Origin: an uncultured delta proteobacterium | Lineage (GTDB): Bacteria; Desulfobacterota; Binatia; Binatales; Binataceae | Length of the DNA: 64,000 bases | Assembly: GCA_963794325.1 (NCBI GenBank) | Contig: CAWCDG010000004.1 | Coordinates: forward strand, 1,728,001-1,792,000 | Direction of reading: 5' to 3' | Part shown: piece by piece, positions 18,879-28,955 of the stretch | How positions within the stretch are numbered: the first letter of the stretch is position 1 | Layout of the letters: every line of letters begins with the position of its first letter | Translations under genes and position numbers: made by a program | The notes under the pieces: generated by a model | Database searches by the model: none | What the model saw: the letters and a program-made list of their open reading frames with translations, nothing else | What the model was told of the DNA's origin: nothing

Positions 18879-19737
18879 CGTCGAGGCTCAAGTTTATTAC
18901 ATTGGCTCCTGGAGCCGGGGTCAACACGAAAGTCGAATCGGGGATGACGCCATTGACGATCGGCCGGAGATAGCGAAAGGTCACGCGGCTGCCGGCCTCT
19001 GGAAAAGTCGCATCGACGACGTACGGGAAGGTCACTCCGCCGATATCATGATAGTCGCTGTACCGCACTTCGTAACTGACGCGGCCGTCGGCGCCCGTCT
19101 CGCGCACCATCGCGAGATTGCCGTCGGTGAATCCAAGCTCGCGAGTTCCCGCCGAGCTGTTGCCGTACGTCGCGATAATCATATCGCCGTCTTTCGATAC
19201 CAGATCCGGAGGTGTGCTTAGCGGGAAATCAGGCGGCGCGAGGCCCATCAGCAGGCCGACGGCGTCAGTGGGCGCCATCGGGATTCGCACATATTTGTAG
19301 AGCGTGTCGGCGTTCGCCTGCCCGCGCATGAAGCGATTCTGCGCGGGCTCGAAGATGGCGAGGTCCGTGCCCTGCGCTGCGAGCAACAATGCGACGCCGA
19401 ACGGCGACATCGCCTCGACGCGGAGATTACCCGGCCGCTTGGCGACGATTTCCTCTTTCGCCTTCACATGCTGAGTGCCCGCCGTATATTCCATCACGGC
19501 AGGACTCTGCACGCACGCGAGTTTTCGGTCGCGATCTACCAGCGCCGCCGTCATTTTCCCGGCCTGGTATTTGTCCTCGGTCCAGCCCGGGATTGGCGTC
19601 GCGTCATCCGGAACGGCGGGAGTGTGAATGATGATGCAGGCGGACGTTCCAACCATCGCCAGCAGCAGCATGGATGCGACCGCCAGCGAGATTGTTTTTC
19701 GGCGCCGGGCGCGTTCAGTGGCCCGCGCTGGCGGCAT
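18850..19737 (-). CDS. LolA/LolB-fold (DUF4292-like) lipoprotein
   Basis: Lipobox GTSAC; RPGNLRVEAMSPFG; YSDY..FP..; F.LTP.PG tail. Confidence 0.65.
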   Translation of the reverse strand: MPPARATERARRRKTISLAVASMLLLAMVGTSACIIIHTPAVPDDATPIPGWTEDKYQAGKMTAALVDRDRKLACVQSPAVMEYTAGTQHVKAKEEIVAKRPGNLRVEAMSPFGVALLLAAQGTDLAIFEPAQNRFMRGQANADTLYKYVRIPMAPTDAVGLLMGLAPPDFPLSTPPDLVSKDGDMIIATYGNSSAGTRELGFTDGNLAMVRETGADGRVSYEVRYSDYHDIGGVTFPYVVDATFPEAGSRVTFRYLRPIVNGVIPDSTFVLTPAPGANVINLSLDDGSPFPNKS

Positions 19738-21484
19738 TCTGCAGAACCTGAATCTTGTCCTTGAGTCGAGCGACCTGGTCGGTCTCCTGCGCCTTCTTGA
19801 GCGCGTCGGTGTACTCGTGGCCCGCTTCCTTGGTTTTGCCCAGCTTCCGATAGGCGTCGCCAAGATGCTCGGTAATCGTCGGATCGCTGCCGGTCAGGTT
19901 GACCGCTCGCTCCAACTGCTCGACTGCTTTTTTGTAATCGCCCTTCTGATAGTAAACCCATCCGAGGCTGTCGACGTAAAATCCGTCTTCGGGTTCGATA
20001 TCGAGCGCGCGCTTGATGAGCTTTTCGGCCTCGACCAGATTTACGCCCTGCTCGGCGTAACTGTAGCCGAGGTAGTTCAGCGCCTGCGCGTTGGCGGGAT
20101 TCAGCTCGATGGCCTTCTTCATCTCGGCCATGCCCTCATCGCGCTGCTTGTTCTGATCGAGCGCGGCGCCGAGCGTGAAGTGGAACTTGTCACTCTTGGG
20201 ATCGGCCGCGACCATCTTGCGCGCGAGCTCGATCGCCGCCGGGTAATCTTTCTTTTCCTGATAAACGCCGACCATGAAGCCGATGATTTCCGGATCGTTG
20301 GGCTTCTTGGCGAGCGCGTCCTTCAACGCTCCCAGCGCCTCATCGTATTTGTTCTGCTTGTCGTACAGGTACGCGAGCTGGAGGCGCGACTCGATGTAGT
20401 GCTCGTTGTCGGTGGGAATCTTGTTGAACTCGGCGATCGCCTTGTCGCTCTCGGACAGCTCCGTGTATACGGTGCCGAGGTAGTAGTGGACTCGATAATT
20501 CTTCGGCTCTGATCCGAGCACGAGGTTGAACTCGGTCGCGGCGTCGTCGAAATTTCCCTGCTCGACGTACAGCAGGCCAATCTTGGTGCGGGTGTCGGCG
20601 GGATTGGTCTCGACCTGCTCGGCGCGCTTCAGCTCGTCGAGCGCTTCGTTGTATTTCTTCTGGCCGACGAGGATTTCGGCCTTGCGCTTGCGGACCAGCT
20701 CGTTGTTCGGATTGATTTGAGTGATCTTGTTGTAATAGACCAGCGCATCCTGCGGGCGTTCCTGCCGTTCGCGAAGCAGCGCAAAATCAAGCAGCACCAG
20801 CTCCGACTGCGGATTGAGGTCGAGCGCTTTCTGATACTCTTTTTCGGCGCCAGCGTAATCCTTCGACGCCACCATCACCTTGCCGGCGTAGTAGTAGCCA
20901 AGGAATGACGTGGGATCGAGCTTGATCAGCTCTTCGAAGGTCTTCTCGGCTTCGGGGTAGTCGCCGCGCTTGGCGTATAGAGTTCCGAGATAGAGGTAGG
21001 CTTCCTGATTCTTGGGATTGAGGCGCAGCACCTCGCGGTAATCTTTTTCCGCCGTCGTATCGTCGCCGAGCGCCGAACTGATTCCCGCGCCGAGCAGACG
21101 CGCGTCGGCCGAGTCGGGATTGATCGCGAGCGCCTGGTTTACCTGCTCGAGGGCCTCCTTCAGCCGTCCGTCGCGGACGTAGAGCTTGGCGAGCTGGACC
21201 TTCAGCGCGGCGTTGCCGGGATCGTACTGGACCGCCTCGGCGTAGTCCTTCATCGCTTCTTCGCGGTCGCCGTCATTGGTGGCGACCTCGGCCCGCAGGA
21301 ACGCGCTCATCGCGCGCGCATCCGATGGCACGTCGACCGCCGGCGCTCCGCCGAAGGGATTGTCGCCGCCGACGCTGGCGCTGCGGAGCAGTTCAGGCTT
21401 GGTACGAGTGACCGAGGTGCAGCCGATAAACGCTAAGGATACGACGCCTAGCGCGATGGCCGCGCGTGTTCTGAAACATATCAT
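19715..21484 (-). CDS. Tetratricopeptide-repeat lipoprotein
   Basis: Lipobox FIGC; many TPRs; ALNYLGYSYAE..DSLGWVYYQ..ITEHLGDAY. Confidence 0.88.
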   Translation of the reverse strand: MICFRTRAAIALGVVSLAFIGCTSVTRTKPELLRSASVGGDNPFGGAPAVDVPSDARAMSAFLRAEVATNDGDREEAMKDYAEAVQYDPGNAALKVQLAKLYVRDGRLKEALEQVNQALAINPDSADARLLGAGISSALGDDTTAEKDYREVLRLNPKNQEAYLYLGTLYAKRGDYPEAEKTFEELIKLDPTSFLGYYYAGKVMVASKDYAGAEKEYQKALDLNPQSELVLLDFALLRERQERPQDALVYYNKITQINPNNELVRKRKAEILVGQKKYNEALDELKRAEQVETNPADTRTKIGLLYVEQGNFDDAATEFNLVLGSEPKNYRVHYYLGTVYTELSESDKAIAEFNKIPTDNEHYIESRLQLAYLYDKQNKYDEALGALKDALAKKPNDPEIIGFMVGVYQEKKDYPAAIELARKMVAADPKSDKFHFTLGAALDQNKQRDEGMAEMKKAIELNPANAQALNYLGYSYAEQGVNLVEAEKLIKRALDIEPEDGFYVDSLGWVYYQKGDYKKAVEQLERAVNLTGSDPTITEHLGDAYRKLGKTKEAGHEYTDALKKAQETDQVARLKDKIQVLQNAASAGH

Positions 21485-21717
21485 CGCTAAAAAAGATTCC
21501 CGGGAGAGCTTCTCAATTGACGCTCGTACCAACACTACTATAACGATCGTGAGCGCAAAGGTGTACCGCATCCTCGAAACCGATCGGGACCGATGCGCTC
21601 TTAAATACACTACAAGATTTCCGCCACCGGATGCGACCGCGCAAGCCTCTTTTGATTTTCCCGATGCTTGCCACCGCCCATCGCCTCGGCTAGGCAGGAG
21701 CCGGAGCCGCCTCTCAA

Positions 21718-23118
21718 TTGCCGCATCTCACTACCGAAAATCCGCAACCAGCCGCCGTGCCGAGCGCGCCGGCGATCACTCTGCGTACTCCGCGCAAGCT
21801 CGGCCTGATCCCGCTGGCGTGCGTGATGTACCTGGTGGTGAGCGGGGGCGCGTACGGCCTCGAAGATGCGGTCAAGATGGCGGGTCCGCGCCTGACGCTC
21901 CTGCTATGCCTGGTCGTGCCGCTGACGCTCAGCATCCCGACCGCCCTGATGGCGGCTGAGCTGACGGCGCTGATGCCGGTCGAGGGCGGCTTCTACTTTT
22001 GGGTCAAGGAAGCGATTGGCCCGTTCGCGGGCTTCGCCGAGGCGTACCTGACAATTTTATACACCGCCTTCGACATGGCGATTTATCCGGTACTGTTTGC
22101 CAGCTATCTTTCGTTCATTGTGCCACTCGGCCCGATTGGGCAAATCGCGATCGGAGTGGCGCTGGTCTGGGCGGCGGGCGGACTGAATTTTCTCGGGGTC
22201 AGGCCGGTCGGGATGGCGTCGGTAATACTCGCCGCAATTCTCGTCTCGCCGTTCGCGATCCTGGTGATCGCCGGCCTCCCGCGGCTGGTTCATTTCACGA
22301 TGCCGACGCCGCCGCTGTTCGGCACAGACCCGTGGGGTGCGCTCGCGGCCGGACTGACAGTCGTCATCTGGAATTTCAGCGGATGGGAAAATCTGAGCGT
22401 GGTGTCCGCGGAAATCGAAAATCCGCGGCGCAACTACCTGCGCGCGATTATGATCGCGATGCCGATAATCGTCGCCGGTTACGTTCTCCCGCTCGCGGTT
22501 TCCGTCTCGGGCGCGACCACCGCCGCCGATTGGGGCACCGGCTACTTCTCGCAAATCGGCAAACTGATCGGCGGTCCCGCACTCGGCGGCGCGCTGGCGA
22601 TAGGCGGCGCCGTGATGTCATTCGCAGTGTTCGAAGCCGCGATGCTGTGGGTGTCGCGCATGCCGTTCGTCCTCGCGCGCGAGCGCTACCTGTCACCGCC
22701 GCTGGCACAACTGTGGTCCACGACTGCAACGCCGGGCAAATCGATCCTGCTCTGCTGCATCGTGTTCACGCTGCTGGTGCCAGTGGGATTCGTCGCGCTG
22801 GTAGTGCTCGACGTCTTCTTCTACATGGCAGCGCTGGCATTGGAGTTGTTCGCACTATTGAGACTGCGCAAACTGATGCCTCATCGCACCGGCATGTTCA
22901 CAATCGGCGGCGGCCGGGTCGGCCTCGCGATAGTCGTAACGCTCCCGATTCTAACGTGGGCCGCAACCTTCGGCTTGGCAATCTCAGCCGGCGTCGCAAA
23001 AAGAGATTTCATACTGGCGATCGCCCTCGGCGCCCTGGTCTGGCCCGCGTACCGGTTTTGTCAGCGCCACTATGGCGGCCCGCCCGCAATCGATCCCGCA
23101 CCCACGAGCATCAGTTGA
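21718..23118 (+). CDS. APC-family amino acid/polyamine permease
   Basis: YLVVSGGAYGLED, AELTALMPVEGGFYFWV, WNFSGWE, EIENPRRNY; about 12 TM segments. Confidence 0.88.
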   Translation: MPHLTTENPQPAAVPSAPAITLRTPRKLGLIPLACVMYLVVSGGAYGLEDAVKMAGPRLTLLLCLVVPLTLSIPTALMAAELTALMPVEGGFYFWVKEAIGPFAGFAEAYLTILYTAFDMAIYPVLFASYLSFIVPLGPIGQIAIGVALVWAAGGLNFLGVRPVGMASVILAAILVSPFAILVIAGLPRLVHFTMPTPPLFGTDPWGALAAGLTVVIWNFSGWENLSVVSAEIENPRRNYLRAIMIAMPIIVAGYVLPLAVSVSGATTAADWGTGYFSQIGKLIGGPALGGALAIGGAVMSFAVFEAAMLWVSRMPFVLARERYLSPPLAQLWSTTATPGKSILLCCIVFTLLVPVGFVALVVLDVFFYMAALALELFALLRLRKLMPHRTGMFTIGGGRVGLAIVVTLPILTWAATFGLAISAGVAKRDFILAIALGALVWPAYRFCQRHYGGPPAIDPAPTSIS

Positions 23119-23164
23119 AGCTTTTCACCCCTGATGACATAGAGACTATGCACGCGCCGCAGCA

Positions 23165-23263
23165 CCCTCACCTACCGGCCGCGATGCGGCCGGCCTCCTC
23201 TCCCGTAAAGCTCCCCTCACCCGCGCCAAGGGCGCGACCTCTCCCGCAACTCAGCGGGAGAGG
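23165..23263. repeat. Two tandem CCCTCACC..CCTCTCCC..GGGAGAGG palindromic repeats between convergent genes
   Basis: First copy resembles the reverse complement of 8737-8783; second resembles 11705-11751. Confidence 0.75.
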
Positions 23264-23320
23264 CGAATAAGATGTCGCGTGGAACGCAACATCCTAACTG
23301 GGGCGAGGTATTTCGGAGCG

Positions 23321-25099
23321 TCACTTGCGCGCGGTCAGGCGGTACACGGCGAGTGCTTCGTTCTCCGAGACCGGCTCAATCGCGAACTTTCCTTGCAGAG
23401 CATCGAGCTCGCCCTTTAACACATCGGCGTATTGCTGTGACTCGGGCGGCGCGATCAGGAGAAAGACCGGCGTCTTCGCATCAATCGCCGATGCGAGCGA
23501 ATCCGCCACCGCCGCAGACATCTGATCGCCATCAAAGACGACCGGGGGCACCGGACCGGTCCATCCATTCGCACGCTTCTCGTACAGGCGATGCAGATGG
23601 TAGTCGGTGAACCGTTCGCCCGGATCGAGCGAGTTCAATCCCACGAATCGGCGACTCCCCGCGGGCAGATACAATTCGAGAAACTGCAGCGAGATGTTGC
23701 TGACGACGGTCGCGTCGGGAGGCATCGTCGAATCCATATCTTCCAGCGTCGAAACCATCACGGAATTGACAATGGAAGGCTGCACGGACAATCTCGCCAT
23801 CACCTCCGACGCCAGCGACACGACCATCAGCACGTCGAGCACGATCACCGCAGCCGCGGTCGCGATCTGACTCGCGCTCAGGGTTTTATTGCGCAGCACG
23901 TTGCGCATCCAGCGATTCGCCTGCGCCGCTCCCGCACCGGCCGCGATGAACAGTACGAAGGCCGCTGGAAGAATGAACGCCACGTCGGTGAATAAATAGA
24001 AACAATAGAGCCCGGTCAGCGCTGCCAGATATCCGATCCCGAACCACAACAATCGGCGAGCCGCAGTTCTTTCAGGAGCGCGAAGGATCGCGACGAATCC
24101 GACAATCGCGAACGCCGCCGCCGCGAACGGGTAGAGGAAGTAGCGCGCATCACCGCGATCACCGAGCATCCCGTCGAGCCCGAGCAGCGTGGTGGCGTAC
24201 ACGATCAAATTGCCATGCGGATTTCGCGGCAGCGTAGGACCAAACAGGTACGCGATGCTGAACGTCTTCCCGCCCGCGCCATAGACTTCAGGCACCCACC
24301 ACGAGTATCCACTCGCGAACGCGCTTCCGAGATTGAGCTCATTCTGATGCAACTGCCACGCGACCGGAATCGAGAAACCAATTGCAATCGCGATTCCCGC
24401 TTTGAGCAGGCTGGAGAGATCTTGACGCTCCAACGGCACCATCAAAACGCACACCGCGAGACCGACGAGGATGGTGGCGTTGGTGGGGCGGATTATCGTC
24501 GAGAACCCGGCCAAGATACCGAATATCAACCATGCGCACACTCGCATCCAGCTCGGCAGCCGGCTCACGTAGCCCGACGTCGCAACCATCATCATCACCG
24601 CAGCGCAAATCGTCACGAACAACGTGGGCACGTCGCTCATCACCAGCGACGAATAGGTGATGAACACCGGGGAGAGCGTGAGCAGCAGCGCCGCAATCGT
24701 CGCCGCTAGCCCCCGGAACAGGCCGCGCGTCAGCATGAAAACGCCGAGCACCGAGAGCATCCCGAGAACCATCGAAGTGTAAGGCCGGAAATCCGCGCCA
24801 TTCAATCGGTAGAAAAATTCCAGAATCAGCGGGTAGCCGCCGGTATAGCGCGACGGGTAAGTATATCCACCGAAATGCAGCACCGCACCGCGACCCTTCG
24901 CCAGGTTCACCGCCGACGCGGCGTACTCGAGCCCGTCCGGCCACGGCATCAGCTCCAACCCCCGCCGCCAGCCGGCAAACAAAGTCGTCAGGGCCATCAG
25001 CAACATGATTGCCAAGAGGACTGCGAAGCTCAGAAAGTCGCGGCGGGATATCGCCAGACCGGACGCGGCGGACGGCTCCGATGACTTCGCGCGACTCAT
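23321..25099 (-). CDS. GT-C fold (ArnT/PMT-like) membrane glycosyltransferase
   Basis: WPDGLEY, YPLIL, VMSDVP, IIRPTN motifs; multiple TM helices plus periplasmic C-terminal domain. Confidence 0.72.
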   Translation of the reverse strand: MSRAKSSEPSAASGLAISRRDFLSFAVLLAIMLLMALTTLFAGWRRGLELMPWPDGLEYAASAVNLAKGRGAVLHFGGYTYPSRYTGGYPLILEFFYRLNGADFRPYTSMVLGMLSVLGVFMLTRGLFRGLAATIAALLLTLSPVFITYSSLVMSDVPTLFVTICAAVMMMVATSGYVSRLPSWMRVCAWLIFGILAGFSTIIRPTNATILVGLAVCVLMVPLERQDLSSLLKAGIAIAIGFSIPVAWQLHQNELNLGSAFASGYSWWVPEVYGAGGKTFSIAYLFGPTLPRNPHGNLIVYATTLLGLDGMLGDRGDARYFLYPFAAAAFAIVGFVAILRAPERTAARRLLWFGIGYLAALTGLYCFYLFTDVAFILPAAFVLFIAAGAGAAQANRWMRNVLRNKTLSASQIATAAAVIVLDVLMVVSLASEVMARLSVQPSIVNSVMVSTLEDMDSTMPPDATVVSNISLQFLELYLPAGSRRFVGLNSLDPGERFTDYHLHRLYEKRANGWTGPVPPVVFDGDQMSAAVADSLASAIDAKTPVFLLIAPPESQQYADVLKGELDALQGKFAIEPVSENEALAVYRLTARK

Positions 25100-26625
25100 C
25101 GCGAGACGACTCCGCGCGCGTCGGCGCGTGGCTCATCGTCGTACTGCTCATCCCGCGCGTCGCGCGGATGCTCTACCCAACAATATGGGTCGAGGACGAT
25201 TTCTACCTCGAGAGCGCGTGGCTGGTGAGCGTTGGGATGCGCCCGTACCTGGATTTCGTTCAACCGCATATGCCGCTGCTCGAATGGATCGCGGCAGGTT
25301 ACCTCAAGTTGTTCGGCGCAAGCTATCTGTCGATCGAAATCCTGAACGAGGCCGCGATCTTCGCAACCAGCCTGCTGACCTACGCGCTCGCGCGCCGAGT
25401 CGCCGGCCGTCCGACCGCGATCGCCGCGTCGATTCTGTACGCCTACAGCTCGCTGGTCTTTCGCTACCACGCGTACGAGCGCGAGAGCTTCGTCGCGCCG
25501 CTGCTTGTCCTCGCCGCGATCGTCACGCTCGACGATACGATGCCCGCGATACGCCAGGCCGTTTTGGTTGCTCTCATTTTCTTCGTCGCGTGCGCAATCA
25601 AGCTGACCGCCGGGATTGCGTTCCCGGTGATGCTGATTTTCATCGCATACCCACAGGCTAAAGCCCGTGCCACTGGCGCGATCGTATCGGGCTTAGTCTT
25701 CACCCTCGCGCTCGGCGCATTCAGCGCGATCCTCTATTCGCTCTACGGCAACGAGTTCATCTTTCAGACTTTCGCGTTTCACTTCCTGAAAGGGCGCGAC
25801 CTTGCGCTCGACACCGCACTTTTCCCGCGCATGATTCTCGACGTGCTGGTACCGATGTTCATCCTCGGATGCTGGCACGTCTTCGCCGATCGCATTTTCA
25901 ATCGCGGGACGATTCTGGTGATCGCGATCGTCGCCGCCGAGTACGCGTTTTACGGCGTGCTGAGTCCGACCGCATGGGCCCACAACTATCTCGAGGTGCT
26001 GCCATTCATCGCAATCGTCGCGGGAATCGGCGCATCGGCTCTCGCACACGCGGCCGCGATATCGCCACGACGATGGCAGTCGATTGTAGGCGGTGCGGCG
26101 TTGATCCTGATTTCTCTCATCTGGATCGCGCCGATTATCAACGAGAACTGGCTGCATGGCAGCGTCTATGGATTCGGCTTCGTGCCGCGCGCCGAAATCT
26201 CCAAGGTCGCGGACGCGTTGCGCGCCGCCAGCAAACCGGACGACGACGTGATCGCGCCGTCGTTCCTGTGCTTCGAAGCCAACCGCCGCGAATTGATCCG
26301 CTATCCCGAAACCTACGGCGTCTATCGCGAAGCAGAAGTGGAATACGATCGCGACGGTTTCTTCGCCGCCCGCCGCCACATGGGCGCCGCCGATTTCTTC
26401 CAGCTGATCTCGGACACGCGTCACTTCTGGACCGATCAGATGCGCGCCGCAATCGTCGGCGGGAAAGTCTCAGCGGTCATCAGCGACTCACCGATCCAAC
26501 TGTTCCCGCTGGTGCTGGTCCCCGAAGATTTCCTGACAAGCAACGGCTTCCGCCCGATGCTGATTACCGATCACTTCACGCTGTGGACCCGAACCCCCGC
26601 GCCGCCGGCGACGCCAAATCAGTAG
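25081..26625 (+). CDS. GT-C fold (ArnT-like) membrane glycosyltransferase; start uncertain
   Basis: EDDFY..RPYLDF..HMP, ERE, CAIKL, WAHNYLEVLPF; polytopic membrane protein. Confidence 0.72.
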   Translation: MTSRDSSRDDSARVGAWLIVVLLIPRVARMLYPTIWVEDDFYLESAWLVSVGMRPYLDFVQPHMPLLEWIAAGYLKLFGASYLSIEILNEAAIFATSLLTYALARRVAGRPTAIAASILYAYSSLVFRYHAYERESFVAPLLVLAAIVTLDDTMPAIRQAVLVALIFFVACAIKLTAGIAFPVMLIFIAYPQAKARATGAIVSGLVFTLALGAFSAILYSLYGNEFIFQTFAFHFLKGRDLALDTALFPRMILDVLVPMFILGCWHVFADRIFNRGTILVIAIVAAEYAFYGVLSPTAWAHNYLEVLPFIAIVAGIGASALAHAAAISPRRWQSIVGGAALILISLIWIAPIINENWLHGSVYGFGFVPRAEISKVADALRAASKPDDDVIAPSFLCFEANRRELIRYPETYGVYREAEVEYDRDGFFAARRHMGAADFFQLISDTRHFWTDQMRAAIVGGKVSAVISDSPIQLFPLVLVPEDFLTSNGFRPMLITDHFTLWTRTPAPPATPNQ

Positions 26626-26626
26626 G

Positions 26627-26728
26627 GAGAGGAACGTAATTGAATGTGAAACCCTCCGCGGGTTTCACGCTTCCGCGGCAGGGGTGACCCCTGCACCCGG
26701 TGCTAATCGCGAAATGTTGAGGACAACC
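26627..26728 (+). repeat. Family F1 intergenic repeat
   Basis: ATGTGAAACCCTCCGCGGGTTTCACGCTTCCGCGGCAGGGGTGACCCCTGCACC...CGCGAAATGTTGAGGACAACC. Confidence 0.85.
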
Positions 26729-26751
26729 TTTCGCTCTGAGGTTCCTGATAT

Positions 26752-26830
26752 TAGTGGCACAGGCTTTAGCCTGTGATTTTCTGGTCCATGCAGATCAGGA
26801 AAGAATCACAGGCTAAAGCCTGTGCCACTA
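26752..26830. repeat. REP doublet (REPIN-like): perfect 24-bp inverted repeats with 31-bp spacer
   Basis: TAGTGGCACAGGCTTTAGCCTGTG (26752-26775) / CACAGGCTAAAGCCTGTGCCACTA (26807-26830); supplies the stop codon of the adjacent gene. Confidence 0.85.
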
Positions 26831-27856
26831 TTTCGAATGCCAGGTCGCGCCGCCGTCGGAAGTCGCGAAACTCTTTCCGCGCTCCGTTGTGATAGTTGCG
26901 TCCTTCGCGCTGCTCGCCAACACCCGCGTAAGATTGTCGCTGATGGGCGCTGTGATGCGCACCCAATGATCGCCACCGTCTGTCGTGCGGATGATCGTCC
27001 CGCTAAGACCCACGACCCAACACACAGTCGCCGACGGCGCCGATCCCGCAACGAGATCATTGCTCACACCGCTCTGCTGCAGCCTCAACCCGGAATTGCT
27101 CGCGTCGCGTCGCCGCACGAATCCATTCTTACCCACGATCCACGTGACAGATCGGTCGGGCGACATGATCGTGACGAGCACTTCACCACCGATCGCTCCA
27201 CCCGCGCCAGCGCCAGCCGGGGCCGCCTGCGCGACCATCGCGCGTGGGCCTGGAACCTGCGCGCTCTCCATTCGATGGAGACGCGCGCCGCCGCTCATCG
27301 CTTCCGCGCGAGGCGCCAGCTGCGTCTTCGCTTCATTCATCGCGAGCTCGTTCGAGGCTGGCGGCGCAGATGCGGGAGCGGGCGCGGCAGGTGCGGACGC
27401 TGATTCGGCGGCTGGCGATGCGGGCGCAGGTGCGGGCGCCCTTTCCGCAAGTTCGACGGCCGGAGCTTCATGCTTCGCCATCGCGACGAGCTGATCGCTT
27501 TGCGGCTGCTCATTCACGGACTGCCGTATCGCGACGAAAACGAGCAGCGCAGCGACGGCAGCGAGCGCGGGAATCGCGATTCGCCATCTTCGATACCACG
27601 GGACTTCAGATGCCGACTCCAAGCTGCGCGCACTCTCGCCGGCGCGAGCGATATCGGCCAACAGCAGCTGGCATCGCATGCAATCGGCGAAGTGCGTTTC
27701 CAGACGATCGCGTTCCGCCGCCGCCAATGACCGATCGCTGTACGCTGCGAGCGATTCCGCGTCGGCGCATTCGGGCGTAGCCGGACCGGCTTGCGCGCGC
27801 ATCGCACGGCGCAGAATCGGGTCGAGCTGATCGTTATTTCGATTGGCCGGCGTCAC
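26828..27856 (-). CDS. Zinc-finger (zf-HC2) anti-sigma-like membrane protein with C-terminal YCF48/BNR-like domain
   Basis: C.D.E.LAAY..HFADCMRC; TM helix; Ala/Pro linker; WVVGLSGTIIRTTDGGDHW, TSDGGATW. Confidence 0.78.
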   Translation of the reverse strand: MTPANRNNDQLDPILRRAMRAQAGPATPECADAESLAAYSDRSLAAAERDRLETHFADCMRCQLLLADIARAGESARSLESASEVPWYRRWRIAIPALAAVAALLVFVAIRQSVNEQPQSDQLVAMAKHEAPAVELAERAPAPAPASPAAESASAPAAPAPASAPPASNELAMNEAKTQLAPRAEAMSGGARLHRMESAQVPGPRAMVAQAAPAGAGAGGAIGGEVLVTIMSPDRSVTWIVGKNGFVRRRDASNSGLRLQQSGVSNDLVAGSAPSATVCWVVGLSGTIIRTTDGGDHWVRITAPISDNLTRVLASSAKDATITTERGKSFATSDGGATWHSK

Positions 27857-27920
27857 GTCGTCACTATCCTTCTACACTTTGAACGTGCGGCCGCCCGAAA
27901 ATTGCACTGTGATTGTTGCC

Positions 27921-28784
27921 TCATTTGGGGTCCGGGAGCGCGCGCGACAGATCGATCTGCAAATCGCCCGCAGCCCAATCATAACACAGCAGGATCTGCT
28001 CGCGGCTGAGCTGGTTGCCCTCGCGCAGCGCGCGCTCGATCTCGCGTTTGAGTCCATCGCGCGTGCGTGCCAACCGGCGCGACACCGTGGATTCATGCTC
28101 GTCCATCACGCGGCCAATCTCCTTGAGCGACAGGTCGTGCCGGTAGTAGTACGCCATCCGCATCCGGTCCCGCGGCGCGAGCGACTTGAGCGCATTGTCG
28201 AGCGCTTCGCCCAGCATCGCGACGTAGCGGGCGCGCTCACCGGATTCCTCGCCATGGTCGTCGCTCGATGCAGCAGCCTGATCGGCGTGATCGTCCAGCG
28301 GCGCGATACGGCTCTGAGAGCGGATGTAATCGACGTGGCGCTGCGCCAGCACCGCTCGCATCCAGGTGAGAAGAGAGCTGCGGCCGTGAAAGTAGCTGAG
28401 GATCGAGCGGCGGCGACCGTCGCGAACTTCCATCCCGTACATCTCGGCCCACAAAGAATCCGCGAGATCGCGGCCGCGGGCCTCATCGCCGGCAATCGCG
28501 CGCGCCGCGGCATAGAGCTGCGGCCTGAAACCCGTGATGAAATGCTCCCACGGCGCGGATTCGCCGTGCTGACACGCGAGCGCGAGGCTCAGGTCTTCGG
28601 CGTGGATAGCGTCGATGAACGAATCGATGCCGGCCTCGAGCACGCCGGTCGCGCACGCGCCGCGATAGGCCGTATCGCGGAGCGACTCGTCGCTGACACC
28701 CCATCGAGCGCCGCCCGCGCGTTTGCAAAGCCGCTCCAGTGCGCGAGCATGTCGCGCGACGAACTCTGGCGGCGCTTCGCTCAC
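27921..28784 (-). CDS. ECF-type sigma-70 factor with N-terminal extension
   Basis: EDLSLALAC..WEHF, region 2 YFHGRSSLLTWMRAV, region 4 LSLKEIGRVMDEHESTVSRRLAR. Confidence 0.82.
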   Translation of the reverse strand: MSEAPPEFVARHARALERLCKRAGGARWGVSDESLRDTAYRGACATGVLEAGIDSFIDAIHAEDLSLALACQHGESAPWEHFITGFRPQLYAAARAIAGDEARGRDLADSLWAEMYGMEVRDGRRRSILSYFHGRSSLLTWMRAVLAQRHVDYIRSQSRIAPLDDHADQAAASSDDHGEESGERARYVAMLGEALDNALKSLAPRDRMRMAYYYRHDLSLKEIGRVMDEHESTVSRRLARTRDGLKREIERALREGNQLSREQILLCYDWAAGDLQIDLSRALPDPK

Positions 28785-28955
28785 GTTGGTCGCCGACTTA
28801 CCACGCGATCGAGGATAGACAAGAGGACGCGCATTCGGAATCGTGCGCGCAAAGAATCTGCGTGCGGCTTCGACGAGCCGTTCTTAAAGGAGAACAGTAC
28901 GGGAACCCAGTCCGCGCGTATCGCGCGTCTGAGTCTAGCGGTCCGCCCCCGCGGA

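Noticed and set aside
23271-23288. GATGTCGCGTGGAACGC as a third parS
   Set aside because: Only one half resembles the consensus and it is not palindromic.
26644-26668. GTGAAAC..GTTTCAC arms of the F1 repeat as parS sites
   Set aside because: The half-sites are in reverse order and separated by a spacer, incompatible with the 16-bp parS geometry.
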